A stretch of DNA of 62,896 nt, filler included, from Octopus bimaculoides (Eukaryota), in assembly GCF_001194135.2 (NCBI RefSeq). It is 5 parts of 5 records of this genome, joined end to end, with 100 filler letters (N's around TTAATTAATTAA, not from the genome) between each part and the next. Parts side by side here need not be neighbours in the genome. Positions count along the whole stretch, not along the records: positions 17,067 to 45,912 come from NC_068996.1; 4 more parts are not named here. One strand, 5' to 3'. A model generated the notes under the pieces. That model did no database searches and was not told the DNA's origin. It saw only the letters and a list, made by a program, of their open reading frames with translations. Numbering within the stretch: position 1 is the stretch's first letter; each line of letters begins with the position of its first letter. Below are positions 23,575 to 37,728 of the stretch, one piece after another. The position numbers were made by a program, and so were the translations under genes.

Positions 23575-24115
23575 AACCCTTTCTACTATAAGCACAAGGC
23601 CTGAAATTAAGGGGTCAGGGGGTTAGTCGAGTACTGTGATCCAAGTGCTTGACTGCAATTTATTCTATCGACCCCCGAGAGGCTGAAAAGCAAAATCGAC
23701 CTCGGTAGAATTTGAACTCAGAATGTAAAGACGGACGAATTGCTACTAAGGATTTTGCTCGGCATACTAACGATTCTGCCAGCTTGCCGTCTTAACAATA
23801 GTACCGATAATTATTATTTCTATTATTGGCACAACGCCAGCAATTTCAGGGGTGGGGGCAACTAGGTTACATCGAACTCAGTACTCAAGCGGTACTTATT
23901 TTGCCGACCACGAAACGATGAAAGGATAAGTGGATCTTGGTGGAATTTGAACTCAACGTAAATAGGGACGAAATGCCGCTAAGCAATTTTGCTGGCATGC
24001 TAATGCTTCTGTCAGTTTGTCGCTTCTTTTAACGGAAGCAATAGGAATCCTTTCTACTAAAGGTACAAAGCGTGAAATTTAGTGGGAGAGAACTGGTCGA
24101 TTACATCTGAATAGA
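23575..24115 (+). mobile_element. Cluster of tandem SINE family B copies (two near-complete, one head)
   Basis: Three successive ctttctact...cacaaggc/gaaatt heads, with cores matching 555-990. Confidence 0.75.
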
Positions 24116-24144
24116 CTCGCGTAGCATGCGCCCGCCTCGGCCAA

Positions 24145-25185
24145 TCAAACACCGAATTGTGGCTTTATTGCCACCGGGCCCATCCGGGGCCAACGTACGG
24201 CTTCCGTTTCCTCATGTCTTAGCGCATGAGCCCAAGCTCTGACAACGTGCTTGGCATTAAAGAATTTATCAAGAGCCAATTTCACCGCCTGCACGTCAGT
24301 CGCTATGTCTCTCCTAAGCGCTTCTTCTAGCTTCCTGGCTAGAACTCCTTCTATCCTAGATTCCTCTAAAGCTATTTCCTCATTAAAGCTCTTTTCAGGA
24401 CTATCTATCATCGGTTGTTGACGATTGCACCCGACAATTTCCGACCTTTGAAAGCTTGACGCGCCGAGAAAGATGCGTTCAGATTTCAGTATCCGAGGCC
24501 CTGCCTATGGATCTATTTCAACCGTATAGATCACAAATTTGTGGTCTATGTAGCCGACGAGTTTGGACTATGGACAACTTATGCAACTAATATCTGCAGA
24601 CCTACAAATAACTATCTATATACGGTTTGGAACACCCGACGCTGTTAGCCCATATCCACACTAGCGCATCTAAGTTATCCAGTCGGAACCTATCAGTCAA
24701 TTGGAAGCGATTGAACATGTTCGTGAGGGATTTACACCCACATCTCCTATCGGCTAGTCCCACCCTATCCAGGCATGAGTCCCACAAGAACTAAAGTGTG
24801 AGATGTTCCAAGGAAAACCTCCAAACGTATGAAGAAATAAGGCTGCCCCACCTCAGTTGGGTGTACACAGCGACTGGGCTGAAAGCATCACCTTCGCTAT
24901 TGCTCACATGCAGGGTCACCAATTTACCTTCCGAGGCTCAGGCCTTTCCTAAACAACACTGTCACCCCAACTCCTCTTCCAGGCCGATTAAGAGATGCAT
25001 AGATCTAAAAAATAATCGAAAATGGGGGCTAGATCGCGTGTGTCGGAAATTCTGGTTTCGCTAACGGCTATCACATCCACAGCTAGTGACATGAGGTCGT
25101 TGAGCTGGTGACCCTGGTTCCTGGACGACTCCAGACCACGTACATTTATGCACTTGACTAAAATTTTGCTATGTTGGGCTGAAAG
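24145..25185 (-). mobile_element. Degenerate Tx1/L1-clade LINE ORF2 5' half (APE endonuclease plus linker, no RT)
   Basis: Minus-strand segments in order: KILVKCINVRGLESSRNQGHQLNDLMSLAVDVIAVSETRI (N-x-x-G and SET motifs), GVGVTVLFRKG, KLVTLHV...AVYT, RFQLTDRFRLD...VWIWANSVGCSKPYID, GYIDHKFV (SDH-equivalent) and a helical linker. Interrupted by frameshifts and stops. Confidence 0.85.
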
Positions 25186-25576
25186 AGTTGAGAGGAAACA
25201 TAAAGGTAAGGTTACTTACCCTCCCGATGCTGTCAGTGGGCGGGTGGTTCAAACTCCATGCTTGGTTGGGGTTCCTTTGGGAATCCCTTTAAAATTATGC
25301 TCATGGCGTTTACATTCGGGATTCCCACATCGCATGGGAAAACCTCCCAAACGTTCTTGTATATGTTAAGTAGAATTCACACTAACCAAAAGTTATCAGG
25401 CGCTATAAAAGTGATGGTGCAGCAAATTGCACCCACCTCTTATATATTTTGTTTCGAGCTATGAGGGTCATTGGTTCATCATTCGCTCGCCTCACAAGCA
25501 CAACGTTTTCATGAGTTTGCATATTGTTGTACATGCTTTCGGGCGAGGGAGAGGTTAAGATTGTGTTGGTGGCTAA

Positions 25577-25657
<81 letters not shown>

Positions 25658-26065
25658 GCCTTTAGTCGAACACTTCGATCCTAGGACTTATTCTTTGTCA
25701 GCCAAGTACTTATTCTATCAGTCTCTTTTGCCGACCGCTAAGATACGGTGACGTAAACACACCAACACCAGGTAACACGACGCGACATGGCTTTTATTAA
25801 ACAATAACAACCGCAACAACAACTACTGCTGCCACTGCTGCTCCTACAGTTATTGTTTGATGCTAATATTACTGTTATCTATTTTAAGGGGGAAAATGCT
25901 AAGCGGCATTTCGTCCGTTTTCATGCTTTTAGCTCAAATGTTGGCGGGAGTGACTTTGCTTTTCACCCTGTCAGGATCGATAACACAAGTACCAGATGAA
26001 TACTGGGGTTGATACAATCGACTTACCCCCTCCCCAAAATTGCTGGCCTTGTGCCAAAATTTGAA

Positions 26066-26136
<71 letters not shown>

Positions 26137-26478
26137 CACAGGCATGTCTAGAAATTTTGAAGAAACATTGTCTGCTCTTTTCTTAAGAATAATTTTATAA
26201 CCAAGAAGAGAAAACAAAAAATACTTGGGTATACACTATTATTACAAAGTTACTAATTGGTATTTTTGATTATAACGGCAGTCATGATAAATTTTTTCTA
26301 TTGCGTGATATTTAAATTTATTTATTTTTTTTATATATAAGCAAGATAAAGTTAGAAGAAAATTCAATTTAGGTCAGGCTGGATTTGAATTCATCGAAGT
26401 GTCAAATTAAAACAGTCAATAAAATATCGTATCTAATATTTTTTTTTGCATTGTCTCTTAATGGAGTCCACTTAAGGG

Positions 26479-26549
<71 letters not shown>

Positions 26550-26555
26550 TGAGTT

Positions 26556-26586
<31 letters not shown>

Positions 26587-28896
26587 GAGAGAGAGAGAAA
26601 GAGAGAGGAATCGAGAGGAGAAAAGGAAGTGAATGAGTGTGAGACAGAGAGTAAGACAAGGAAGAACGAGAGAGAAAGGAGAGCATAAAAGATAAATGGG
26701 AACGTTTATTTGTCAGCTTCAATTAATGAGTGAATGTGTGTATATGTATGTATGTATGTATGTGTGTATGTGTGTGTGCGCGCGCTCTTGTGTGCGTTGG
26801 CAGTAATGGAGGTTACAAATATTTAATCAAATGTAATGTAGCTGATTGTGTGAGCTGGTGTTTTAAAAACTTCTTTCGGCTCAACGCACAACGGTAGTCC
26901 ATTCCATGTCGGCCTAAATATAAGTCGAATTCGATCCCACTACTAAGTGGGTATTTTAGCCTATAGGCCCTGAAAGGAAGAAAAGATAAGTTGAATTTTG
27001 GCGGGATTTGAACTCACTAAAACAACTGTAACTAAAAAAAAACACAAGCGTTTGTTTTTGTCCGATGCACTAACGATTTGGACAATCTATCACCCAGTCT
27101 TAATTTTTAGTATCTTAGATTGTTTTCACTCACGTACACGTTGTTCATTGTTAGACCCAATGCACCGTTATTTACGCATTGGCTCTGGCAATCCGGAAAA
27201 TGGTCTGCAGAAAGCCATAGAAGAAAAGAAAATAACAACCTTGTTGTCCACAAAACTCTTTGAGTTCAAATCCTACTGAATTTTCCCTTTTCTTTTTGTC
27301 TTTGGTTTCTTTTGACGTTTGTTCATCCAAACTAGCATAGTTTAGACAAATATATTGTCGAGACATTGTTTTAAAGCCACCTACGCTAAACCTAACCTAT
27401 TTTTCATGTAAGAAAAACGCGTCTTTGAAAGAGCAGAACCATCGGAAGATTTGTTGACAGGGAAAAGTAACTCATCACATGTAGCTCAATGTTTTTCAGA
27501 CAATTCGACTTAGTACTTCATTCATCTGAGATGTTGTTAAAGAAGTGTGTTGTTATGGTCTTTAGAATTACATACTGAATGCTTCAAGCTATTATCTTTT
27601 TTATTTTCTGTCGACTCGTGGTTCTGCATTTCCAGGAGATCGATATTTGAACCTCATCTTCGAAATAATATTCCACGCTATTTCATTGGAGCTTAAAACA
27701 TCAACAATTTTCTTTTCAATATTTACTAAAATAAGATAACTACCTTCCCTAACTAGTCTCAGTAGTAATCAATAGGAGTCATGGTAACTACAGGGCTTTT
27801 CCTGTTCAAGCCATGAAAAATTCAAATACTAAAACAAAACCGTAAAACAAGAATATGGTTAATATTCCTGGTTTCAGATATGAATTCCTGGTTTCGGACA
27901 CCAACCTACTTTCAAGAACTCTTCTAAGATAACAGACAAAAATATGCTAGGAATGATTCGGTCGTACGATACGACGGTTTGCATTTAATAATATTCAAGC
28001 TTAACATTAGACTGCTTCGATCTCGCTAGCTTCATATGTTTTTTTTTAAAAAAAAAGAAACCACAAGTTCTACTCCTTTCTGCGTAAAAATTAATAAAAG
28101 CATGAACATATAAACATTCTATTTAAAAATATTAACGTATGCAACAACTGGGTATTCAAAGAAACATCTTGGCGAACATCCAGAATGAAGTAACTATTTT
28201 ACCTTTTCAGTTTCGACAAAATAAATAAACGTGTGTGTGTGTGTGTGTTTGCGTGCGTATGTGTGTGCATGTGTGTGTATGTGTGTGTGTGCATATATAT
28301 GTATGTATATGNNNNNNNNNNNNNNNNNNNNNNNNNNNNNNNNNNNNNNNNNNNNNNNNNNNNNNNNNNNNNNNNNNNNNNNNNNNNNNNNNNNNNNNNN
28401 NNNNNNNNNNNNNNNNNNNNNNNNNNNNNNNNNNNNNNNNNNNNNNNNNNNNNNNNNNNNNNNNNNNNNNNNNNNNNNNNNNNNNNNNNNNNNNNNNNNN
28501 NNNNNNNNNNNNNNNNNNNNNNNNNNNNNNNNNNNNNNNNNNNNNNNNNNNNNNNNNNNNNNNNNNNNNNNNNNNNNNNNNNNNNNNNNNNNNNNNNNNN
28601 NNNNNNNNNNNNNNNNNNNNNNNNNNNNNNNNNNNNNNNNNNNNNNNNNNNNNNNNNNNNNNNNNNNNNNNNNNNNNNNNNNNNNNNNNNNNNNNNNNNN
28701 NNNNNNNNNNNNNNNNNNNNNNNNNNNNNNNNNNNNNNNNNNNNNNNNNNNNNNNNNNNNNNNNNNNNNNNNNNNNNNNNNNNNNNNNNNNNNNNNNNNN
28801 NNNNNNNNNNNNNNNNNNNNNNNNNNNNNNNNNNNNNNNNNNNNNNNNNNNNNNNNNNNNNNNNNNNNNNNNNNNNNNNNNNNNNNNNNNNNNNNN

Positions 28897-28939
<43 letters not shown>

Positions 28940-28966
28940 TGAATATATGTATTGAGATATAGATAT

Positions 28967-29014
<48 letters not shown>

Positions 29015-30711
29015 GCACACACACACATATATATATATATACACACACATGTAAATGAATATACAAAAATTCTCATATGCATTTGTGTACAGATACGTGC
29101 GCATATATGTGAACATTATATATATATATAAGTATATGTGTCTGTGTCTGTGTCTGTGTGTATACATACAATATTACAGTATGAAACTACAAAACTTGTA
29201 TTTTAATTAAATCACATGTGAGGTCGCTATCCTATTAAAGCCTAACCACATTAAAACTGTACTATACGCTATAAATCTAGATGAGTTATATTTAAATGTT
29301 ATATCGATTATATTAGCAATCTGGCACATGTATCGCTTTTAGATTCTGAGCATTTCATGGTTTACTACTAGTAAAAACCAGTATCTGTGCACTGTTTAAT
29401 AATAGTATATGGGTCGTGATCAACGGATTGCTGAGACTATCGATTAGGTTTCAATTCTCAATTGGAGTCTTTTCCTAACAGTTATGTTATGTCTGTAGTA
29501 GAGGTAGGTATGTTGTATAATTTCATTTTAAATATCTGAGCATGCGCATTAATCATTATTTAATAATAGTACGCAATTAACGTATAATGTACATTATAAG
29601 CACTTAGTGGGAAATAGTTGGAGCACTGGACAAAAAAATACCTAGTGGTACTTTTTCTTGCTCTTTATGTTTTGTCTAAAGTTAAAATCCTGTAAGAGCT
29701 AATTTTATTTTTCTTCTTTCATTGTTTGATGAAGTATCAATGAGAATTGCATCGAATTAATTTACTGATATGTGTTTTTTCTTGCTGGCTATGGCAGAAT
29801 AACAGTGCCTCTAACCTTCGCAGGTTTTACTAGACTAGTGAAAACAATGGTATTAGTGTTTCTACTGAATACCTGCGGAAAAGACATGATCAGGCAGGAA
29901 ATTGCAGAGAGGAAAAAATATCTAGACGTAAGCTAGAGAGTTGGATACAACAAAAAGTGATGAGTATAGAAGAAATATGTGGGACAGAAATGCATGAGTA
30001 GTGAAGGCATGAGTTCATCTAGCTCCGAAGAGCAGAGGCTATTACGACCATCGCAGAAAAGGTTGAGAGAGGAGACAGAATGCTTTTAAGCTTTTTCGTC
30101 TGTATGTAGTCTATGATGTCTGTGTACAATTTCTCCCATTAGTTTCAGAGCTCCACCCGACCGACCCAACTTCACAATTTTCATATATATATATATATAT
30201 CGTAGACGTAGATCTTCCTCTTTTGACCAAGTTAATAAAAGAAGAGAAAATTTTGTACCCTTATCATTCGACAAACATTGTGGCCGAGACCACCACGTTT
30301 TCTTTTCTGGTATGCAATATCCATGTCTACTTTCTACATCATATTGGTTCCACTTTTGAGATAATTGAGCAACATTGGGAAAATACTCTGCTGTTAAAAC
30401 TCCGCAATAGTATCCTTGGAAATCAGTGTGATAGATCTAAATATGTCAATATTTTATTTATGCTTTCGAGAAGATATCTTTTTCATCAAAGGGAAATGAT
30501 CTCAGTACCGTCTCAAATTTGAGGGCAATACTCCACTGTGGGCCTCGCCTGAACTTTGTCGTGGTTACAACCAAAGATTGTGTGCAGTTATTAGAGTTGC
30601 TTGTACTTGAATGGTGGGGGAAGCATGAATCCATTAACAACCACTGTATTCTAGTGAAAATAACTGTTCCCGTTTCAGATAGAGGAAAATTGCTGAGTTC
30701 TGCAATCAGAA

Positions 30712-30758
<47 letters not shown>

Positions 30759-30779
30759 TCTGTTAAAGTCTGTCATACC

Positions 30780-30819
30780 GGCCATGACGAAGGGAAATAG
30801 CCCTGAAACTCGAGTCGCC
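30780..30819 (+). ncRNA. Minimal type-I hammerhead ribozyme-like motif with one extra nt in the core
   Basis: GGC-C(A)TGACGA-AGGG aaatag CCCT-GAA-ACTCGAGT-C-GCC: stems I and II, palindromic stem III and a GUC cleavage triplet are all present. Confidence 0.6.
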
Positions 30820-31155
30820 TTTATATATATATATATTTATATTTATATATTTATACATTTGATCCTTTATATTGAACACTCAATATTTCATCTACATTCA
30901 ATACTTTCTTTCATGGTGCCATCCATTTTTATTTTATTTTATTTTATATTGTATATTNNNNNNNNNNATTGTATATCATATTATATATTGTATATTCCAT
31001 ATTCTATACCCCACATTAGTTCTGCAGGAATATAAATAAAACATAAAAAACAGACAGTGTTGGAACTCTTTTAAGCAAAATAATATATTCCTCTATACAC
31101 AATCATACAAAAAACCCCACCTTTTTTGTATTTATTTTTTGTATTTATTTTTACT

Positions 31156-31202
<47 letters not shown>

Positions 31203-31345
31203 GAATATAAGACCTAATATTAATGACGTGTAGGGACATGGTATTTCGTTATGCAACCATAATATATTACAAAGTATACTAAACGTTTTTTATAAGTCAA
31301 TACTGTGTCCTACCTGTGTTAGCAGTGCCATTGCATCACTCGTCA

Positions 31346-31520
31346 AGGTTATCTCTTCAGATTTTCTATAGAAATTATATACGCCCATTACGTATTTCTC
31401 ATCCTCAATCTTATTGATATTGTTTATATCATGCATTTCGAATCGAAACGTAACGGTGCTGTAACAGTGTGTCGTATAGTACTGGCTATAATTTCTATAG
31501 AAAATCTGTAGATATAACCT
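31346..31520. mobile_element. ~175-bp MITE with 34-bp TIRs nested inside the larger inverted repeat
   Basis: aggttatctcttcagattttctatagaaattata (31346-31379) is the reverse complement of tataatttctatagaaaatctgtagatataacct (31487-31520) with a few mismatches. Confidence 0.75.
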
Positions 31521-32567
31521 AAAATCAAGTATTTTAGTCTGGTTTCTTTCTAATTTGAAACCATTTTCCTTTACTGATGATGCAAATATCTTCTCGAAAG
31601 CATAAATACGACATTGCTATACTGCCCTCATAGTTTTATCACACTGATTTCCAAAAATACATTTGTCAAGTTGTAACAACAGAGTAGGTTCCCAATTTCG
31701 CTCGTTTATTCCAAAAGTGGAGCGAATATGGTGGATAAAGTAGACGTGGATATTAATATACCAGAAAAACAAAAAAAGTGACGGTCTCGGCTAAAATACC
31801 GATCGAACAATAAGGGTACAAAATTTTCTCTTCTTTTATTAACTTGGTCAAAGAAGGAAGGGCTACGTCTACGATACCTTGATTTTTTGTGGAGGTGTGG
31901 TCGAATAGGGCTCTGAAAGTGACAGGAGAAAGGGAGAAAGTCATTGTCAAACCAGAGATCTGGCACGAATGCTTACCATAAAGTGGACACTTCATTTAAA
32001 TCACTTAAGACCAGATTCTGGTATTAAACTTAAATTTTCATCTGCCCGAGCTTGTAATGGAAGAGTGCTGCAAAGTGAGAATGGATTCGAAAATAATTGC
32101 AAGAGGACTTTTTAACCACAGAGTTATACCAGCACCAATTACGGTATATAGTAGTATATCTTATACAAATAGGAAGCAGTGTATAGAAGACGTTGATGTC
32201 ATTTATTCGCAAACCAACTTTGCGGATCGATCTTCGATTCTCATTTGTGGCTTCTTTTTATACGAGTGTATGAAGACGGATAGCCAACTGAACAAAATAT
32301 ATAACGCTGGTCAAGAAGAGAGCGATTTGTTTTTTGATTGTTGCGCAGCGTAATTTTAAAATAACTTAATTCAGGTGGATATAAATATATCCTGAATATT
32401 TCAACAACTCGGAGCGATTGTTCTGTAATATTCATGAGAATTTTGCCACCTATGGCTAAGCATATCCTTGAGAACGGTAAACACAATGAAAGCTGACTTT
32501 TGTTAGATACACTAAATGACGAACAAAAAATCCTTTTCGGTTTTCCATCGAAAGAAAGGCATCGATA

Positions 32568-32705
32568 TATTTTCTACTCCAGGCACAAGGTCCGAAATTT
32601 TGGGGGAGGGACCAGTCAATTTGATCGACCCCAGTACGCAACTGGTACTTAATTTATCGACCCCGAAAGGAGGAAAGGCAAAGTCGACCTCGGCGAAATT
32701 TGAAA
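32568..32705 (+). mobile_element. SINE family B, partial
   Basis: Matches the family B head and core. Confidence 0.75.
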
Positions 32706-33742
32706 GGCATCAATATCATCAACAAATTAGTTAAGTAAGCGGTAATCATACAAGAGGCCATTTCCCTTACAAACCAAGAAGTGAAAGCCCAAACTTTGCT
32801 CGATCTGCTAAAAACATTAGCAAAATCTCGACAAGCTAGTCACAGTTGAAACGCTTTTGATCATGGCTGCCCGGTCAGAACAAATATGGGCCTAAACAAC
32901 GACAGCAGCAGCAGCAGCCACAACAACAGCAATAACAATATTGATTGGAAAAATCAATCCTCTGTAAATAAATATGTCTGGGTATAAAATGGATGCAGAA
33001 TCGAAAATAATGTACGGGTAGCATTGTGTAAATGAGAGAGAGAGGAAGAGGAAAGGAGACGAAGAAATCAAGGAGAATGAGTAGGACATGAGACAGAAAA
33101 AGAGGGAGACAGGAGACAGAGAAAGAGAAAGAAAAGAGATTGGGAGAGAGGTAGTGTGAGTGTGTGTGTATGTATGAAGGTATGTGAGTGTGTATGAGCA
33201 TGCGTATGAGAGAGAAAGACGGAATTATTTAAAGTGCTTTTTGAAGTACGGCCATATTGCTTCGGAGAACAGTGCTATTTCCCGTTTTATTTATTAATGT
33301 ATTGATTTTATCTAAGTATTGCTTGGTATATATATATATATTCCATAGTTTTATTTATATATTTATTTCTATTTTAAAATAGAAAGACTGTAGTCGGCAT
33401 GTTACGACTGCCTTGATAAATTTACTCCATTGCGTGATTAACGATTAAAGTAGACTGGAACTAAAAGGAACTTTTTAAGGTCAAAGGAAAAGTTTATTTT
33501 GTCCCAGGAGCGATTAAACAATTATTTCACTTCGTACGGGTTTCAGGTAACAGTTGTGAAGACATTGGCTTATATTGAGTATGCTTTGGGGTCATGAACA
33601 TGATTCTTAGTCAGCATCTGTTATTCCTCCCTGCCTCTTTTATCTTCCTTATTCTTTATTATTATGCACACACACATACGCACATATATACATATATATA
33701 TACAGCTAAATATATATATATATATATATACGCCACTACTTC

Positions 33743-33794
<52 letters not shown>

Positions 33795-35091
33795 TATAAT
33801 ATAGGATAAAATCTTTATAAGAATTTATCAAGTAGTCAGCGTGAAAAAAGATTTGACTTATTTAGTCCCTCTAAGCGTGAAGCATTACTATATAGTAATG
33901 CCCTTATATAAATTATATATACTACTTCCACACTCTTGACTTTGAAACTTTAAATTTTTGCACATCCTTATATCAAACAAATTTATTCCAATTCAGGAAT
34001 TGTTTATATTTAGTGTTTCATTTTTAATATTTTATTCCGAAAATAAAAGACAGTGACCATAACACTTTGCAGCATCTCAGAGGCTGGTATAAAGATGGAC
34101 GGAGTGATGGAGGAGAGAGAGGGGTATCCTCAAAACTGGTTTGAGCGCTTGTAATAGAAAGGATTCTGTTAGAGGTACCCATGGTTTCAGGTGGTGGTGT
34201 TAAACCGGGTAACTGATTAAGAATACTATAAATGTGTACCATAGTAGGATTTGAATTCAGAACGCAGAAAGCTGGGACAAATACCATACGTGTCCGATTT
34301 GACATTCTTACTTTTCCACCAATCTACCGCATTGAATTGGTAATATTCTCTCGGCTACAAAATGTTTAAAGACAATGTCGACTTTATCAGGATTTGATCT
34401 CAGAACACAAAGTGTCAGACCCTTTTAATACCAACTTGCCTGATATTACCTTTTAACCTATGGTACAAACATTCTGTTTTAAACTGCTCAAAGTTAAATT
34501 CATCCATCAAAATTTCATGTTTATGTTATAAACGTAAGTTTAATAATGACAAAATTATTTCACTGAATTCTCCGTTATTTTCAAAATTAATTGAAAGAAA
34601 CAGTGTATTCCAGCAGAACTATGGTAGGAAAAAATGTTAAACATATAATACTTTCAACCACTTATTAACTGATACTATAAAATTAATCTGCTATTTATTA
34701 AAGTTATGACTATTTCCAATTACATTTTCCTGTTAATCTTTCTCTCGTATTTTTTCCACTTGATTCGAAACCACAGCATCTCGTTTTCTGTTTCCTACGG
34801 TTTTTATGCTCTATAATTGCTTTAAGTTGTCTAAGTTGCAATATTTTAATAGAAGTAGAAAAGATTTACTTTCCATATTTTTTTACATAGGCGGCAATGA
34901 TAGTGAAAAGTGAACTGACAAGTATTTCAACCTGGTATCCGTATCGTAGACTTATTTTATAAAGAACATACAATTTGATCTCTGGTGTTTGCAACAGCAA
35001 GACACACAAGGATTGATAACACTTGAGGAAGTGATATGAGCTGTGATGTTTATGTCTCTCCAAAGAATGTTAGCAACGTCATCGAAATGAC

Positions 35092-35140
<49 letters not shown>

Positions 35141-37028
35141 TGTGTGTGTGTGTTTAAGAAGCGTTGTGGAAGCCTCTATGTACTTGCATCACATACTAGA
35201 TATCGCAGTCGAATCTCCTTGAAATATTTTGAAATAAAGAAAGGATACTTTTGTTAATGTATTCCTTAATACACCATACATAGTTATAACAAGAGACCAT
35301 AAATTTAGAAAGGTAGACTCTAGAAGATTATCAAAGAAAATAATTTGGCAGCATGTACCATAATTTCTCTAAGTAACGTAGGTGCTTATGTACAAACAAA
35401 AGTTTTCTCTTGATCTTCTCATACTTAGCTCAACGGAACATAACATGGATATCAGGAAGAAAGGGCTTCATAAGCCTCCATCAGGTACACATTACGGCTG
35501 AGTAAACTTGAGTGTTGCAAAGGTACCTTGCACAAGGTTACAACGGATCGCCCCATCTAGGAATTGAATGCATAACCTTATGATCAGCAGCTGGACATCC
35601 TAAATATGCATCTTCACAGTTGAACAATTTATCTATCGGATGAGAAGTGATCTGGAGTTAAACAACTAAGTTTTGAACGATAGAATTGAACATTGAAATT
35701 ACTTTATTTGAAACATAAATTGACCCTTTAAAGCTTAAAAACTTCCTCGTTTCATCTTTCATGTTCAAGTCCGTCCATATCTATATCTTTGTATCATCAT
35801 ATCATCCTTTCAGTCGAGCGGGAACCGGTAAAACTACGATGTTAGAAATATATGGGTGTTAATTTTTTTCGAATTTATTTCCACTTTCTCCAACAACAAA
35901 AAAGTTGGCATTATGCCTTGTTAAAAGAAAAGAAAAAAAACAAAAAGAAAAATAGGAAAAACAAAATACAAAAAAATAAAAACGAAAAAAAATCATTATT
36001 TCCGATATTATTTTTACCTGAAGAGAGAAAATTGATTTATCGGAGTTGTTTTGGTAGTAACGTAATATATACATACTGTCGACTTATAGATGAAATTAGC
36101 CGACCACAGTCAAATGTATGAGCATACATAGATTGAGTTGAATAGTATCTACAGTCATATTAAAACCTAAGGCATCTAAACTATTGCTTACTTTCTATTT
36201 CAAGACAGTATTGATGGGAAGAAATGAATAAAAACGAAATAGAAATACAAAAGAAACGAAGAAATTACTAATAAATAAATGGATTAAAAAAATGCTTGGA
36301 ATATAATATATTTGTTATTTGTTGTTGTTGTCATCGTCATCATGGTCGTCGTTGTGGCTCCTGTTAAGTTTTGGCATGAATGGCGAAGTTTTCTTTCGCT
36401 CTCGCTGTTGTTTTTTGATTTTTGCCAAGTTTTTCAAGGAATTGGATGTTTATTTTTTTTTTCTCGTTTGTGTCGCGTAAAGCTATTTAGATGGCAAGAG
36501 GAGAATTAATAGCTTTCTCATCCCGTTAAATAACAACAACAACAACAACAAAAAGACTTCTTTTTAGCATCTACCGAACATCTTCGGTTCGACCTGTTTC
36601 AAACATAACAAAGTCAACTAAACAAGAAATACCCCTTCAAAAACGAAATGTGCACACACAAACACGCACACGCACACACATACACACACACACAAACACA
36701 CACACACACACATATATATACATATATATTATGCACACATATATATATATATATATATATAGTACCTACACACCCATTTGGTTTAACTGACAATCTGTTC
36801 ATTTACTCATTTGCTCATTTACTCATTTACTCAATTAATCACCTGTTCCTATATGATTATATGCTTCCACACCCTTGTTTTTGCAATTACCAACTCTTTC
36901 TATTTGATAATCTATACCACTAATACATATGTATGTATTTATCTAATACGTTGGAATAAATAGACATACTGGAATATTTACCGGCTGATGTCTGTTGATT
37001 TCGTATCCTCTCCAAATATATATATTTC

Positions 37029-37079
<51 letters not shown>

Positions 37080-37697
37080 TGCATATATGCACGAGGGGTT
37101 CCCAAAAGTTACCGCTGGAAACGTTCTCTGTGGGACAAGCCCGTTGTAGTTCTGGTATGGTGCAAAAGTTTCGTAAGTCCAAAACGTTCACCATTCCATA
37201 TGCAACACTTTCAACGTAACGGTAATAGCATAAAATCGTAACTCCATGCATGTACGATATTTTCAGTCAGAAATATTTTTGCAGAACTGTCGTATTTGGG
37301 ACTTACTACACTTCATGCTAAGCCGTTAGACTACACTTTGGCATTTTTCATCTGAAGTATCTGGAGATACAACATTGAAAAAAAGAATATAGAGGGAAAA
37401 AGAAACACACATTTGACCAGATTTGGACATACAAGAGTTTAACATAATAGCAACTATATATATATATAATTTTGTAATATGTATATGTATATATATATAT
37501 ATATAAACAAGGGCAAAAGATGTATATTGTATGTGGTGATTGACGATTTAAAGTCTTTTCTCAGTATATTGGCATAGAAATCTTTTTTCTATTGACCTTG
37601 TTTATAATGGTTTATAATTTTCACCTTTAAAAGTATTTTAATATGCCGGCCACTTTGATGAAGTTTTGGGGAAATTTATTTTATCCTGTATTAGAAG

Positions 37698-37728
<31 letters not shown>

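Larger units (their letters stand above)
30200..31876. mobile_element. Large imperfect inverted repeat / foldback element with arms of ~300 bp
   Basis: 30200-30505 is the reverse complement of 31560-31876 (for example tgaccaagttaataaaagaagagaaaattttgtaccctta versus taagggtacaaaattttctcttcttttattaacttggtca). The arms have diverged in places. Confidence 0.8.

Noticed and set aside
32057-32353. 98-aa ORF with faint resemblance to the post-RT region of RLE LINEs
   Set aside because: Similarity is too weak to call by eye. It needs tBLASTn.
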